Notes: generated by a model from the letters alone, not told the origin. A stretch of 64,000 bases of DNA from Chitinophagaceae bacterium (GCA_024103425.1 JAGFIS010000014.1:2637-66636); one strand, 5' to 3'. Positions 40,719 to 50,119 are shown, numbered from the stretch's first letter. Numbers and translations: made by a program.

Positions 40719-41605
40719 ACGTCGCAAATCTGAATAGCTTCTCTTAGGGAGTCCAGTTTGTCGGGGTATGTAGGGATAAACTCTTGTGCCACATAGCCCT
40801 TGAATCCTGTTGCAACAATGGCTTTCATGATAGCAGGGTAGTTCAGTTCTTGAGAGTCGTTGATCTCGTTTCTTCCGGGCACACCACCTGTATGATAGTG
40901 AGCGATATAAGGATGGTAATCTCTGATGGATTGAATGACATCTCCTTCTTCAATCTGCATGTGATAGATGTCGTAGAGCAATTTGAAGTTATCTGAACCG
41001 ATGCGCTTACACAGTTCTACCCCCCAAACAGTATGGTTACACATATAATCCTTGTGGTCGCGCTTACTGTTTAGTAACTCCATTATCATAGTAACGCCAT
41101 TCCTCTCTGCCACGGGCAGAATTTTTTCTAATGCCGCCTGGCAGTTTCTCAACCCCGTTTCATCGTCCATTCCGTTGCGCGCACCGCTGAAGCATATCAG
41201 ATTCCTGTATCCGGCTTTCTTCATTAAGGGGATGACTTCCAGATATTCCGAGATCAGCTTTTCGTGATAATCAGGGTTGTTCAATCCTTTGTAAAGACTG
41301 TTATCACCCATGGTATAACACATTGAACTGTAGATGCCATGTTTTTGCATGGTGGGCCATTCTTTCGGACCCGTAAGGTCGATGGCACTGAATCCGATAT
41401 CTTTAACTGCTTTGCACAAATCTTCTAACGATAGGTAGCTAAAGGTCCATTGAGATACAGAATGGTTGATGTTTCCCTTCAAAGGCCCTTTTTGCGGCTC
41501 AGTACACCCTGTTGCACCGAGAGACAATGCAGGAGAGAGGAGAACAGCTCCGCTCCCCAGTGTAATATTTTTTAGAACAGACCGTCTGGAATATTTTGCT
41601 TTCAT
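40715..41605 (-). CDS. Tat-exported hydroxypyruvate-isomerase-like TIM barrel
   Basis: SRRSVLK, ELLNSKRDHKDY, LYDIYHMQIEEGD, HTGGVPGRNE. Confidence 0.85.
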   Translation of the reverse strand: MKAKYSRRSVLKNITLGSGAVLLSPALSLGATGCTEPQKGPLKGNINHSVSQWTFSYLSLEDLCKAVKDIGFSAIDLTGPKEWPTMQKHGIYSSMCYTMGDNSLYKGLNNPDYHEKLISEYLEVIPLMKKAGYRNLICFSGARNGMDDETGLRNCQAALEKILPVAERNGVTMIMELLNSKRDHKDYMCNHTVWGVELCKRIGSDNFKLLYDIYHMQIEEGDVIQSIRDYHPYIAHYHTGGVPGRNEINDSQELNYPAIMKAIVATGFKGYVAQEFIPTYPDKLDSLREAIQICDV

Positions 41606-42843
41606 GATTTACTCAGTTCTATGTGCGTTTCATTTTTCTCTTTAAAGAGGAGAGCGAATAACAGGAAGACAACCAACGCTATCATTGAGGGGATAATCCA
41701 AATCATCTTCCAATCGAAAGAATTTTCGCCAAGTGTATAGGCGTCGAATATCATTCCTGCAATCTGAAAGCCTATCAGCATTCCTACTCCGTAAGTCGCC
41801 AGTGTGATCAGGCCCTGTGCTGCACTCTTGAATTTCTCGCCGGCTTTCTTATCAGTGTATATCTGACCGGAAACGAAGAAGAAATCGTAACAAACACCGT
41901 GTAATGCAATACCTGTAATAATCATGAATGCCAGTTCTCCGGAATTGCCATAGGCGAACAATGCATAACGAAGTGTCCATGCCAACATGCCTATCAGGAT
42001 GGTGTTCTTAAACCCGAAGCGTTTGAAGAAGACCGGTAATAGCAACATAAAAATAACTTCAGATGCCTGCCCAAGACTCATCTTCGCAGCTGGTTTGGGG
42101 ATATCAATATTTGAGAGGTACTGACTGGCATATTGATAATAAAAAGCCAGAGGAATACAGATGAGGATAGATGCAACAAAGAAGATGGCGAAGTTTTTAT
42201 CCTTCAACAATTTTAAAGCATCCAACCCTAAAATATCTGACACTTTCACTTTAGCACCTTTCTCGACTCTCGGTGGCGTTTTGGGAAGTGTGAAGCTGTA
42301 GAGTCCGAGGATGGCAGAAGCCACCGACGCCATCAGGAACGTGTTGCGCATCAAGCCTTCTTTTACATTCGATTCACTATCCCAGAAGAAAATATAGCTG
42401 ATAGAAACTCCTGCCACAATCCATCCTATCGTACCGAGTACACGGATGCTCGCAAATTGTTTCTCGGGATCCTGCATTTGATTAAACGAAATAGAGTTGA
42501 CCAGCGCAAGTGTCGGCATGAAGAGGATCATATACGACAATACGTACGGATAGAAGGAAGAAAAATCAGATGACTGATACATCTGATACATCAGGAATGC
42601 TCCTATCAGATGCAGGATAGCTAATATGCGTTCTGCATTGAAATAGCGATCAGCTATCAGTCCGATAATAAACGGAGCAATGATAGCACCCCAGGATTGG
42701 GTAGAAAAAACAGCAGCACTCTGAGAACCGCTGGTGTGCAGGTTGTTATCGAGGAAGATTCCGAGTGTCGCAAACCATGCGCCCCAGATAAAAAACTCAA
42801 GAAACATCATAAAGGCAAGCCGTAGCCAGGTAGTACTTTTCAT
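41602..42843 (-). CDS. MFS transporter of the nucleoside permease (NupG-like) family
   Basis: MMFLEFFIWGAW, IRVLGTIGWI, HGVCYDFFFV; about 12 TM helices. Confidence 0.88.
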   Translation of the reverse strand: MKSTTWLRLAFMMFLEFFIWGAWFATLGIFLDNNLHTSGSQSAAVFSTQSWGAIIAPFIIGLIADRYFNAERILAILHLIGAFLMYQMYQSSDFSSFYPYVLSYMILFMPTLALVNSISFNQMQDPEKQFASIRVLGTIGWIVAGVSISYIFFWDSESNVKEGLMRNTFLMASVASAILGLYSFTLPKTPPRVEKGAKVKVSDILGLDALKLLKDKNFAIFFVASILICIPLAFYYQYASQYLSNIDIPKPAAKMSLGQASEVIFMLLLPVFFKRFGFKNTILIGMLAWTLRYALFAYGNSGELAFMIITGIALHGVCYDFFFVSGQIYTDKKAGEKFKSAAQGLITLATYGVGMLIGFQIAGMIFDAYTLGENSFDWKMIWIIPSMIALVVFLLFALLFKEKNETHIELSKS

Positions 42844-42947
42844 ACGAAATTGTTGCGATTAGTATTTGTAAAGTTTAAATATACTATTTTTAAATACCGG
42901 CGAATTAAAAAATTTTTCTACCGGACAACACTACAAAACAGAAGAAA

Positions 42948-44105
42948 ATGAAAAGAAAACTTAGAATGGGAATGATTGGAGGCGGCAGAGGCGCATTCAT
43001 CGGAGCGGTACATCGCATGGCATCGGGGATTGACGGATTAATAGAATTGAAAGCAGGAGCTTTCAGCTCACACCCTGACGTGGCTTTAGAATCAGGCAGA
43101 GAGCTGTTTCTGGAGGAAAGCAGGATTTATACGGATTATAAAACCATGATAGAGAAAGAGAAGAACCTGCCGGCAGATGAACGGATTGATTTTGTGTCTA
43201 TCGTCACTCCGAATTTTGTTCATTTTGAACCGGCAATGATAGCCCTGGAAAATGGTTTTCATGTGGTGATAGAAAAGCCTATGACCTTCACCCTTGACGA
43301 GGCAAAACGGTTGCAGCAAAAAGTGGAAGAAACAGGTCTGCTGCTTTGCCTTACGCATACATATTCAGGTTACCCTATGGTAAAGGAAGCTAAGGAATTA
43401 GTGAAGAAAGGAACTATTGGTAAGGTCCGTAAGGTAATGGTAGAATATATTCAGGGTTGGTTAAGCAAGGCAGAGGAGAAGACAGGAAATATACAGGCGG
43501 GTTGGAGAACTGATCCGAAAAGATCAGGTGCGGCAGGCTGTATGGGAGATATAGGTACTCATGCCGCACATCTGGCGGAATATGTCACCGGCCTCAGGAT
43601 ACAGGAACTGTGTGCTGATTTGAATACAATTGTACCGGGCCGTGCGTTGGATGATGACGGTAATGTACTCTTGAAATTTGAAGGAGGTGCTTCTGGGACA
43701 TTGGTAGCTTCACAAGTAGCTGCCGGTGAAGAAAATAACCTCACTCTGAGAGTGTACGGAGAGACAGGAGGTCTGGAGTGGAGACAACAGGAACCCAATA
43801 CGCTGATTGTTCGTCACCTGGATGCTCCACCCGAAATGATAAGAACCGGGGTAGGACATCTCAGCAGCTATGCGACAGCCAATACCCGCACACCCGGAGG
43901 TCATCCGGAAGGATATCTGGAAGCGTTTGGGAACCTGTACAAAAACTTTGCGCTGACATTGATGGCAAGGCTGGAAGGGAAAGAAGCTTCGGCCGAAATA
44001 CTTGATTTCCCCACTGTTGAAGATGGCGTCAGAGGGATGGCATTTATTGAGAATGTTGTAGCATCAGGAAAAGAAGACAGGAAGTGGAAGATGTTTGAGG
44101 TGTAA
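42948..44105 (+). CDS. Gfo/Idh/MocA oxidoreductase
   Basis: GMIGGGRGAFIGAVH, VIEKP, GDIGTHA, GHPEGYLEAF. Confidence 0.9.
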   Translation: MKRKLRMGMIGGGRGAFIGAVHRMASGIDGLIELKAGAFSSHPDVALESGRELFLEESRIYTDYKTMIEKEKNLPADERIDFVSIVTPNFVHFEPAMIALENGFHVVIEKPMTFTLDEAKRLQQKVEETGLLLCLTHTYSGYPMVKEAKELVKKGTIGKVRKVMVEYIQGWLSKAEEKTGNIQAGWRTDPKRSGAAGCMGDIGTHAAHLAEYVTGLRIQELCADLNTIVPGRALDDDGNVLLKFEGGASGTLVASQVAAGEENNLTLRVYGETGGLEWRQQEPNTLIVRHLDAPPEMIRTGVGHLSSYATANTRTPGGHPEGYLEAFGNLYKNFALTLMARLEGKEASAEILDFPTVEDGVRGMAFIENVVASGKEDRKWKMFEV

Positions 44106-44231
44106 AACACTCTTTCTCTAACAGGGTTATCTACTCGTGGTATATTTAATGTTCAGGATTAAAAAAATAGGAGACGAATATTAAAAGGGTTTAAATTTGC
44201 GCGATTTTTTGAAAAACTAAACCCACATTTA

Positions 44232-45713
44232 ATGAAACCTATTTTTACATTCGTACTCTTTTTTCTGTACCTGAGTACTACCAACGGACAGGCGAAAATT
44301 ACCGCCATTACGAGTCATTCTGCCACAGCCGCTTCTTCGTATACCTATACGAGTGGCGGGAAAACCTACAACTGGGGCGTATCCCCAAATAACACTTTGT
44401 CATTTATTGATGAATTTACCTCCGGATCATTTCAATTTGAATATGCTGCTCATATTCCCGGACAGGTGAAAATCAGAAGGGTGAATAACGCTAGCATATC
44501 CGGGAATTTTACCCTTATATGGGCGAAGACAGTAAATTCTGGCAACGTATACAATTTGTTTCCCGAGTATGACAATGAGATGGAATCGGTTTTCAATACT
44601 AATAGTTTAGACAAGGGAACAGATAACCTATTCCAAAATACCGGCGACGCCAATATTAATAATATTGAAAGGCTGGACTGGATAGTCAATGCCGGCTTTT
44701 CTACTTATGCCCCCGACAAGGTTGGTTTTGCTGTTTTTGAACGGGGAAATACCGGCGCCCACGATAATTTTTGCATAGCAGCTATTACCGGTTTAGACGG
44801 ATCCGGTGACCCGAATGCATACGGACCCATTGTTCGTGTAAATTCAAGTCACTACGGCGATGTTACAAATGCTTTCGATTTTAATGTAGTAAAGGCTCAA
44901 TATCCTAACGATCTTCTGCATTCCACAACCATCAGCCAGAGAATTGGCGGAGTGTATATCGCCCTGCAGACCTTAGGTGTCGGAGCCGGAGAAACGGTGT
45001 ATGGTTATTCACTGTTTTCGGATGATTTGCCATCCGGTGCTACTTCTGCAAATTTGATTGACTATACAAACGCTACATATTTTCCTAATAATACATCTGT
45101 TGGCGGATTGGATTTAACAGCTATTACGGGTGTATTTATTGAGTCAACAGTACTTCCTGCGAGGTTTACATCCTTCAGTGCTTCTGAAAACAATCGCAGT
45201 GTTAACTTAAAATGGAGTGTTGTTAATGAAACGTCAGCCGATCATTATGTAATTGAAAGAAGTGCCGATGGTCAGAGTTTTGATGCTGTCGCTACTATAA
45301 AGGCTAAGGTAACCACCACAGGTGTAAATTCTTACTCTTATACAGATGATGTTAGCGGAGTTTCGGGGAACAGATTTTATTACAGAGTAAGACAATACGA
45401 TTTAAGTGGGGCCGGCTATCTTACACAGTCTGTACTTGTAAGATTAAATGGTGTAGCCGGCAGTACACTTCTGTATCCGAATCCGGTTAAGAATAATTTA
45501 TTCCTGAGTATTAACAGCCGTCAGAATAAAGAGATCAAAATTATGGTTACTAACACCTCAGGCCAACAGGTAATTTCTGAGCGCCGTTCACTGGTAGCCG
45601 GAAATAATTCCATTATGATTAATGCAGCAGGAAAACTGCCAGCAGGAATTTATACGCTGACAATCACTGATCAGGATGGAAACAGAGAAGTAAAACAGTT
45701 CATTAAGAAATAA
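44232..45713 (+). CDS. T9SS type A cargo protein of unknown function
   Basis: Signal peptide, LPARFTSFSA Ig-like domain, C-terminal LYPNP...GIYTLTI...FIKK CTD. Confidence 0.85.
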   Translation: MKPIFTFVLFFLYLSTTNGQAKITAITSHSATAASSYTYTSGGKTYNWGVSPNNTLSFIDEFTSGSFQFEYAAHIPGQVKIRRVNNASISGNFTLIWAKTVNSGNVYNLFPEYDNEMESVFNTNSLDKGTDNLFQNTGDANINNIERLDWIVNAGFSTYAPDKVGFAVFERGNTGAHDNFCIAAITGLDGSGDPNAYGPIVRVNSSHYGDVTNAFDFNVVKAQYPNDLLHSTTISQRIGGVYIALQTLGVGAGETVYGYSLFSDDLPSGATSANLIDYTNATYFPNNTSVGGLDLTAITGVFIESTVLPARFTSFSASENNRSVNLKWSVVNETSADHYVIERSADGQSFDAVATIKAKVTTTGVNSYSYTDDVSGVSGNRFYYRVRQYDLSGAGYLTQSVLVRLNGVAGSTLLYPNPVKNNLFLSINSRQNKEIKIMVTNTSGQQVISERRSLVAGNNSIMINAAGKLPAGIYTLTITDQDGNREVKQFIKK

Positions 45714-45747
45714 TATACAGATCATACGACCTTTCAGGGTCAATGCG

Positions 45748-45795
45748 AAAGCTTCAGGTAATATCCCATCCGGGAGATAAACCTGAAGCTTTTTT
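45748..45795 (+). terminator. Terminator after the T9SS cargo gene
   Basis: Perfect 12-bp stem AAAGCTTCAGGT/ACCTGAAGCTTT followed by T residues. Confidence 0.7.
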
Positions 45796-45869
45796 GTGTT
45801 TGAAGGGATGAAGGTAAAGAACCGTTTGTCTTTTCGTTATTAAAGCTTTTCGTATTCTGAAACTTAAAG

Positions 45870-46418
45870 TACCTTAACCATTCCTGGTCAAGGGTATGTA
45901 AATATTTGGGGATTACCTTCGGTGATCCCATTGAGTGGGGTGTCAAATCAAAAAAGCCAATCCCGCCTTTGGTGTGATTGGGTTTTCTATCCTTTTGTTT
46001 TCGCTCAATGTTAAAGTACAAGCTGTGATTAACGTATGTAACTCCTGAACTAAACGCTTAAACAAATAAACATCTAAACAGTTTTAAAGCGGGGATTACC
46101 TTCGGTGATCCCATTGAGTGGGGTGTCAAATCAAAAAAGCCAATCCCGCCTTTGGCGTGATTTGTTTTTTTAGTTCGTAGCCTTCACTCGAGCAAGCTCG
46201 GTTCGGCTTCGATAGTACCTTGACCATCCCTGGTCAAGGATACACTTGAATGTTGGGGATTACCTTCGGTGATCCCATTGAGTGGGGTGTCAAATCAAAA
46301 AAGCCGATCCCGCCTTTGGCGTGATTTGTTTTTTTTTAGTTCGTAGCCTTCACTCGAGCAAGCTCGGTTCGGCTTCGAACTAAAAAACCTTCGCTCTCAC
46401 GAAGGCTTTTTTGATTTG
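45870..46418. repeat. Array of three ~72-bp direct repeats plus shared hairpin modules downstream of tRNA-Ser
   Basis: GGGGATTACCTTCGGTGATCCCATTGAGTGGGGTGTCAAATCAAAAAAGCC(A/G)ATCCCGCCTTTGG(T/C)GTGATT at 45908-45979, 46091-46162 and 46255-46326. Confidence 0.92.
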
Positions 46419-46503
46419 CGGAGAGAGAGGGATTCGAACCCCCGGAGGTGTGACCCTCAACGGTTTTCAAGACCGCCGCTTTAAACCGCTCAGCCATCTC
46501 TCC
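46419..46503 (-). tRNA. tRNA-Ser(TGA)
   Basis: 5' GGAGAGA acceptor arm, anticodon arm GCGGT-CTTGAAA-ACCGT, long variable arm, GGTTCGAATCC, discriminator G. Confidence 0.97.
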
Positions 46504-46507
46504 GGCG

Positions 46508-46515
46508 CAAATATA
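46508..46515 (-). promoter_or_regulatory. -7 element (TATATTTG) for tRNA-Ser
   Basis: TAnnTTTG match 4 nt upstream of the tRNA 5' end. Confidence 0.65.
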
Positions 46516-46657
46516 AGTGCTGAATTGTATAGAAAGAATTTTTTAGAAAGTTTTTGAAAAGAATTCAAAACTCTTTTGATTTTCCGGAGAAATAAACACG
46601 GAAAGTAGACGTGAATACAAGCGAAACAGAAGAGAATAATTTTTGATGTGAAGCAAT

Positions 46658-46823
46658 AAAAAAAGGAGCCGCAATAGTACAGCTCCCCAACTAGTGGCTT
46701 TTCAATCGTCGGATAATAACATTATACTAATTGGTAGAGTTTATAGTCAATACGTAAAGGCTTTTAGGGAGTAAAAAGTAAAGGAAAAGGAAATTAAAAA
46801 TCTGTGATCTTAGACAGGATTGG
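46658..46823 (-). ncRNA. Candidate small RNA (~165 nt)
   Basis: Consensus promoter TTTG-N20-TAACTTTG (46860-46829) upstream and a terminator GGAGCUGUA-CUAU-UGCGGCUCC-U7 (46686-46658) downstream; the only ATG ORF is 6 codons. Confidence 0.55.
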
Positions 46824-46906
46824 ATACACAAAGTTATTAACACATGCCATGTTTACCAAATATTTTATTTGTACCTGTAAAATGCCTTATTGTATGCTGC
46901 CCGGTC

Positions 46907-49375
46907 TTAGAACGGATAGTTGATACCAATGGAAGCATTGAAGTTTTGATACCTCCATATACGATTTTCCAGTGCAGACCCGAAGAGATTCTTAAAGTTG
47001 ATATTCGGGAACTGCCATCCTGCATTTTCTGTCCATAAATCAGGTCTTTTAAATCTGAATCCCATATCAAACCGGATTAAAAAGTAGTCAAAATCAAACC
47101 TGAAACCAATACCGGAAGACATTGCAAGTTGCTTGTAGAGGTATTTGAGGTGGAATTGTGATGAGTCAGGAAGTCCGTCGGGTCGTGTGTTTTTCAGGTT
47201 CCAGATATTCCCTATATCTGTGAAGATGGCCATTTTAAAGAGTACTGCATTGGAGAACAACGGAGCCACATCGAATCTGTACTCAGCATTACCCTCAATC
47301 TGGATATCGCCTGTCCGGTCGTTGAAACGGGAAGATTTTGCGGTATATGGAGCCAGGGGCTGACCGCCGACACCCAAGCCCTGAACAGGCCATCCACGCA
47401 TACTGTTGGGGCCGCCACCGAAGTACTGTTTAAAGAACGGGAGAGTAGTATCACTTCTGCTGAGTGGTACACCAACCCCTGCGAATGTCCGGAATTGTAA
47501 AGAGGACTTTTCAAAGTCGATGCTGTGAATAAATTCGATATCTGCTTTTACAAATTCACGCAGGTATTTATTGAAGAAGTTACCACTCTGTGGCGGAGTA
47601 TTTTTCTTCTTCAGGAACCCCCAAAGCACGCCTGATTCTTCAAGAGTTATGTTGATTTTGTTGACAACATTAGGGTTTCTAAAGGCAGGTGTTGCTGCGG
47701 AATATGAAAGACCTGTACCCATAACCAGCGCAGTGTTGAAGGAGTATCGCAGAAAAGGAAATTCGTCCAGAGTACTGTCGAATCGAGCGCTTCTGTTGTA
47801 TAATCGCCTGAAGTCGAAGTTGATTAATTTGAGACTCCACAACCGGTTCTGTTGTTTAGAGAAGTTAAAACCAAATCCTGAATTGATGATTTGCTGATTA
47901 TAAAAGTCGAACCTGTTGATGAAAGAAATATTTGTGTTGATAAAACTTTGGTGCGTTACCCAATCTTGGTCGTTTAGCCTTGCAAACGGAAAGATAAACT
48001 TCGGAAATAGGAAGCTGTTATTAAAAGTTACTTCACGTGAATTGATGAACGTACCACCACTGTTTCTTCGCCTTGTATTAAACTCAAATCCCGCTTTAAT
48101 GGAGTTCGTCATCCTGATGGCAGAACGTGCGAAGTTTCTGTCGGTCAGACTCAGATTGGCAGACATACCCAATAGATTACCCGTAGCTACAGTAGGAAGA
48201 TTGGAGGTACTGCTGTTGGCCGAGTAGCTCATCTCGATGTTCCCCTGGAAGCCGAATCTTTTCATGGGTGTCATTTTGATGACCAGGTCTAACAGATTAG
48301 TATCAGGGTGCTCTATAATATCGATTGTCGGGCTCTCCCATGTTCCTATTTTGTATAATTCATTGATGGTTTTGTAATAATCTTTTTGCCTGAAAACAGT
48401 CCCTTCCTTTACATAAATATTTCGTTTGATCAATCCGTGACTAAATTTTTTTGTTTTGTATTTGATTGTAAAGCCCGGCATCTCCTGTGTATTCAGAGAA
48501 GAATCAGTGTAACTCTCGGTTGAAATAAAGTCAGGCAGTACAAAAATTTGATTTATAAAATATTTTTTTAAGCTGTCTCTTGCGTTTGGGTCGTTGAGCT
48601 GAATACCGAGCCTGATTGTAGGTTTTTCTCTTTTTTCAGCCGCTTCGGCCAATAATCGAAGTTGTTCAAACGGATCATCGGCTACTGTGGTCAGGGCTTC
48701 TATTGTTGTATCTCCGACTACCCTGAGTTGATCACCGGTGAATTTATAATACCCGAAGTTCCGGTAAAGGTCAACTAGTCGGTTAGTTTCATTGAAAATG
48801 CCGGCTCTTGTTACCGGGACGCCTTTCTGCAATACCGATTGCTTCCGGGTGCTTACCGCTATCTGTTCTAGTTCAGGTTGGTTTAGCAGATAAGCCACAG
48901 TATCGATAGTCGTTCTCTTCCCTGATATCACATAATAGTTAACTATAGTTCTGATCTGCTCTTTGGCAGGCATGTGTATGGTGTCGAACGAATAGCTCAC
49001 CTGCGGGTGATAGTATCCCTGGTTCTGCATGAAGGCGAGCATGTTAGATGCCGATTTGCTAATTTCTGCAGTGTCAAGAGCGGGTGGGTTCTTGATGTAA
49101 TGCAACACAAAGGCGACATCTTTAATTCTGACTTTTGCGCTGTCTTCTATTTGGTTGTAGAGCCGGGAAGTCATAGATGACACTTCATCTTTATCGGCCA
49201 TTTCAGCCTGAAGTGAAATATTATTTTTAAAGACGAAGGGTGTGTTTTTTTGATATTTTCGTACAAAGGTGAAGCCCGAGTATTCTTTCGTTGTAGAGCA
49301 GCTGAATAAAAAGATAACTGCCACAAACGGAAGAATCTGTTTTACAAAAGGGGTGCAGTCATCCGCAAATTTCAT
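46907..49375 (-). CDS. Omp85/BamA-TamA family outer-membrane protein with lipobox (TamL-like)
   Basis: LFSC lipobox, POTRA-like region, GGPNSMRGW, FRFDFDYFLIRFDMG, C-terminal GINYPF. Confidence 0.87.
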   Translation of the reverse strand: MKFADDCTPFVKQILPFVAVIFLFSCSTTKEYSGFTFVRKYQKNTPFVFKNNISLQAEMADKDEVSSMTSRLYNQIEDSAKVRIKDVAFVLHYIKNPPALDTAEISKSASNMLAFMQNQGYYHPQVSYSFDTIHMPAKEQIRTIVNYYVISGKRTTIDTVAYLLNQPELEQIAVSTRKQSVLQKGVPVTRAGIFNETNRLVDLYRNFGYYKFTGDQLRVVGDTTIEALTTVADDPFEQLRLLAEAAEKREKPTIRLGIQLNDPNARDSLKKYFINQIFVLPDFISTESYTDSSLNTQEMPGFTIKYKTKKFSHGLIKRNIYVKEGTVFRQKDYYKTINELYKIGTWESPTIDIIEHPDTNLLDLVIKMTPMKRFGFQGNIEMSYSANSSTSNLPTVATGNLLGMSANLSLTDRNFARSAIRMTNSIKAGFEFNTRRRNSGGTFINSREVTFNNSFLFPKFIFPFARLNDQDWVTHQSFINTNISFINRFDFYNQQIINSGFGFNFSKQQNRLWSLKLINFDFRRLYNRSARFDSTLDEFPFLRYSFNTALVMGTGLSYSAATPAFRNPNVVNKINITLEESGVLWGFLKKKNTPPQSGNFFNKYLREFVKADIEFIHSIDFEKSSLQFRTFAGVGVPLSRSDTTLPFFKQYFGGGPNSMRGWPVQGLGVGGQPLAPYTAKSSRFNDRTGDIQIEGNAEYRFDVAPLFSNAVLFKMAIFTDIGNIWNLKNTRPDGLPDSSQFHLKYLYKQLAMSSGIGFRFDFDYFLIRFDMGFRFKRPDLWTENAGWQFPNINFKNLFGSALENRIWRYQNFNASIGINYPF

Positions 49376-49381
49376 ATAAGA

Positions 49382-50119
49382 ATGTTGTCAAGAAATACAG
49401 TCAAATATATTCAAAGTTTATCCCACAAAAAATTCAGGAACAGTTCGGGATCTTTTATTGCTGAGACGCCTAAAGTTGTTGAAGAATTCCTGAGGTCTTC
49501 TTTGAAGGTTGAGCATGTTTACACTACCGAGCAATGGACCGGCCTGCATAATACTAACAAAGAACTTTCTCATTTTCCAATAACCGTAATTCCGCAGTCT
49601 GATTTAGAGAAAATTTCACAGTTAAAAACGCCACATGATATCCTTGCGGTTATGAAGATTCCTGAACCGCCACTCCCCAAAACGGTTAAGGGAAGGTTCT
49701 CTCTAGCGCTGGACGGAGTACAGGATCCCGGTAATTTGGGGACGATTATCAGGATAGCTGACTGGTTCGGTATTGAAAACATTTTTTGCGGCAGGGATAC
49801 TGCCGATGCTTATAATCCGAAAGTTGTACAGGCGACAATGGGCAGTCTGGCTCATGTGAATGTACATTATGTCGATTTAGAAACTTTTTTGCCGGGCACA
49901 GGTATTGAAGTGATTGCTACTGTTCTCGATGGTGAATCGCTTTATGAAACAACAAAGTCGAAGGAGGGAATTGTGGTAATAGGTAATGAATCTGCAGGTA
50001 TTAGAGAACCTGTTTTGAAACTGGCAAAGAAGAGGTTGACTATACCAAGGATTGGAAAAGCAGAATCGCTGAATGCGGGTGTCGCTGCCGCCATAGTATT
50101 ATCGCATCTGGTGAGGTAA
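49382..50119 (+). CDS. TrmH/SpoU-family RNA methyltransferase
   Basis: LDGVQDPGNLGTIIR, IGNESAGI, ESLNAG. Confidence 0.93.
   Translation: MLSRNTVKYIQSLSHKKFRNSSGSFIAETPKVVEEFLRSSLKVEHVYTTEQWTGLHNTNKELSHFPITVIPQSDLEKISQLKTPHDILAVMKIPEPPLPKTVKGRFSLALDGVQDPGNLGTIIRIADWFGIENIFCGRDTADAYNPKVVQATMGSLAHVNVHYVDLETFLPGTGIEVIATVLDGESLYETTKSKEGIVVIGNESAGIREPVLKLAKKRLTIPRIGKAESLNAGVAAAIVLSHLVR

Noticed and set aside
45740-46021. 93-aa minus-strand ORF across the repeat region
   Set aside because: It reads through a terminator hairpin and a repeat unit and has no recognisable domain; most likely a chance ORF.
45908-46326. CRISPR array interpretation of the three direct repeats
   Set aside because: The repeats are ~72 bp. 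The intervening segments are 111 and 92 bp and share modules with each other instead of being unique ~30-40-bp spacers. No cas genes are in the window.
46419-46503. Prophage or island attachment at tRNA-Ser
   Set aside because: There is no integrase, and the downstream repeats do not contain the tRNA 3' sequence, so they are not att duplications.
46837-47070. 77-aa minus-strand ORF
   Set aside because: Out-of-frame overlap with the 3' end of the TamL-like gene and the candidate sRNA promoter; no coding signature.
49376-49381. Only 6 bp between the divergent TamL-like and TrmH starts
   Set aside because: Promoters can overlap coding sequence and either start could lie further downstream; nothing else unusual was seen.
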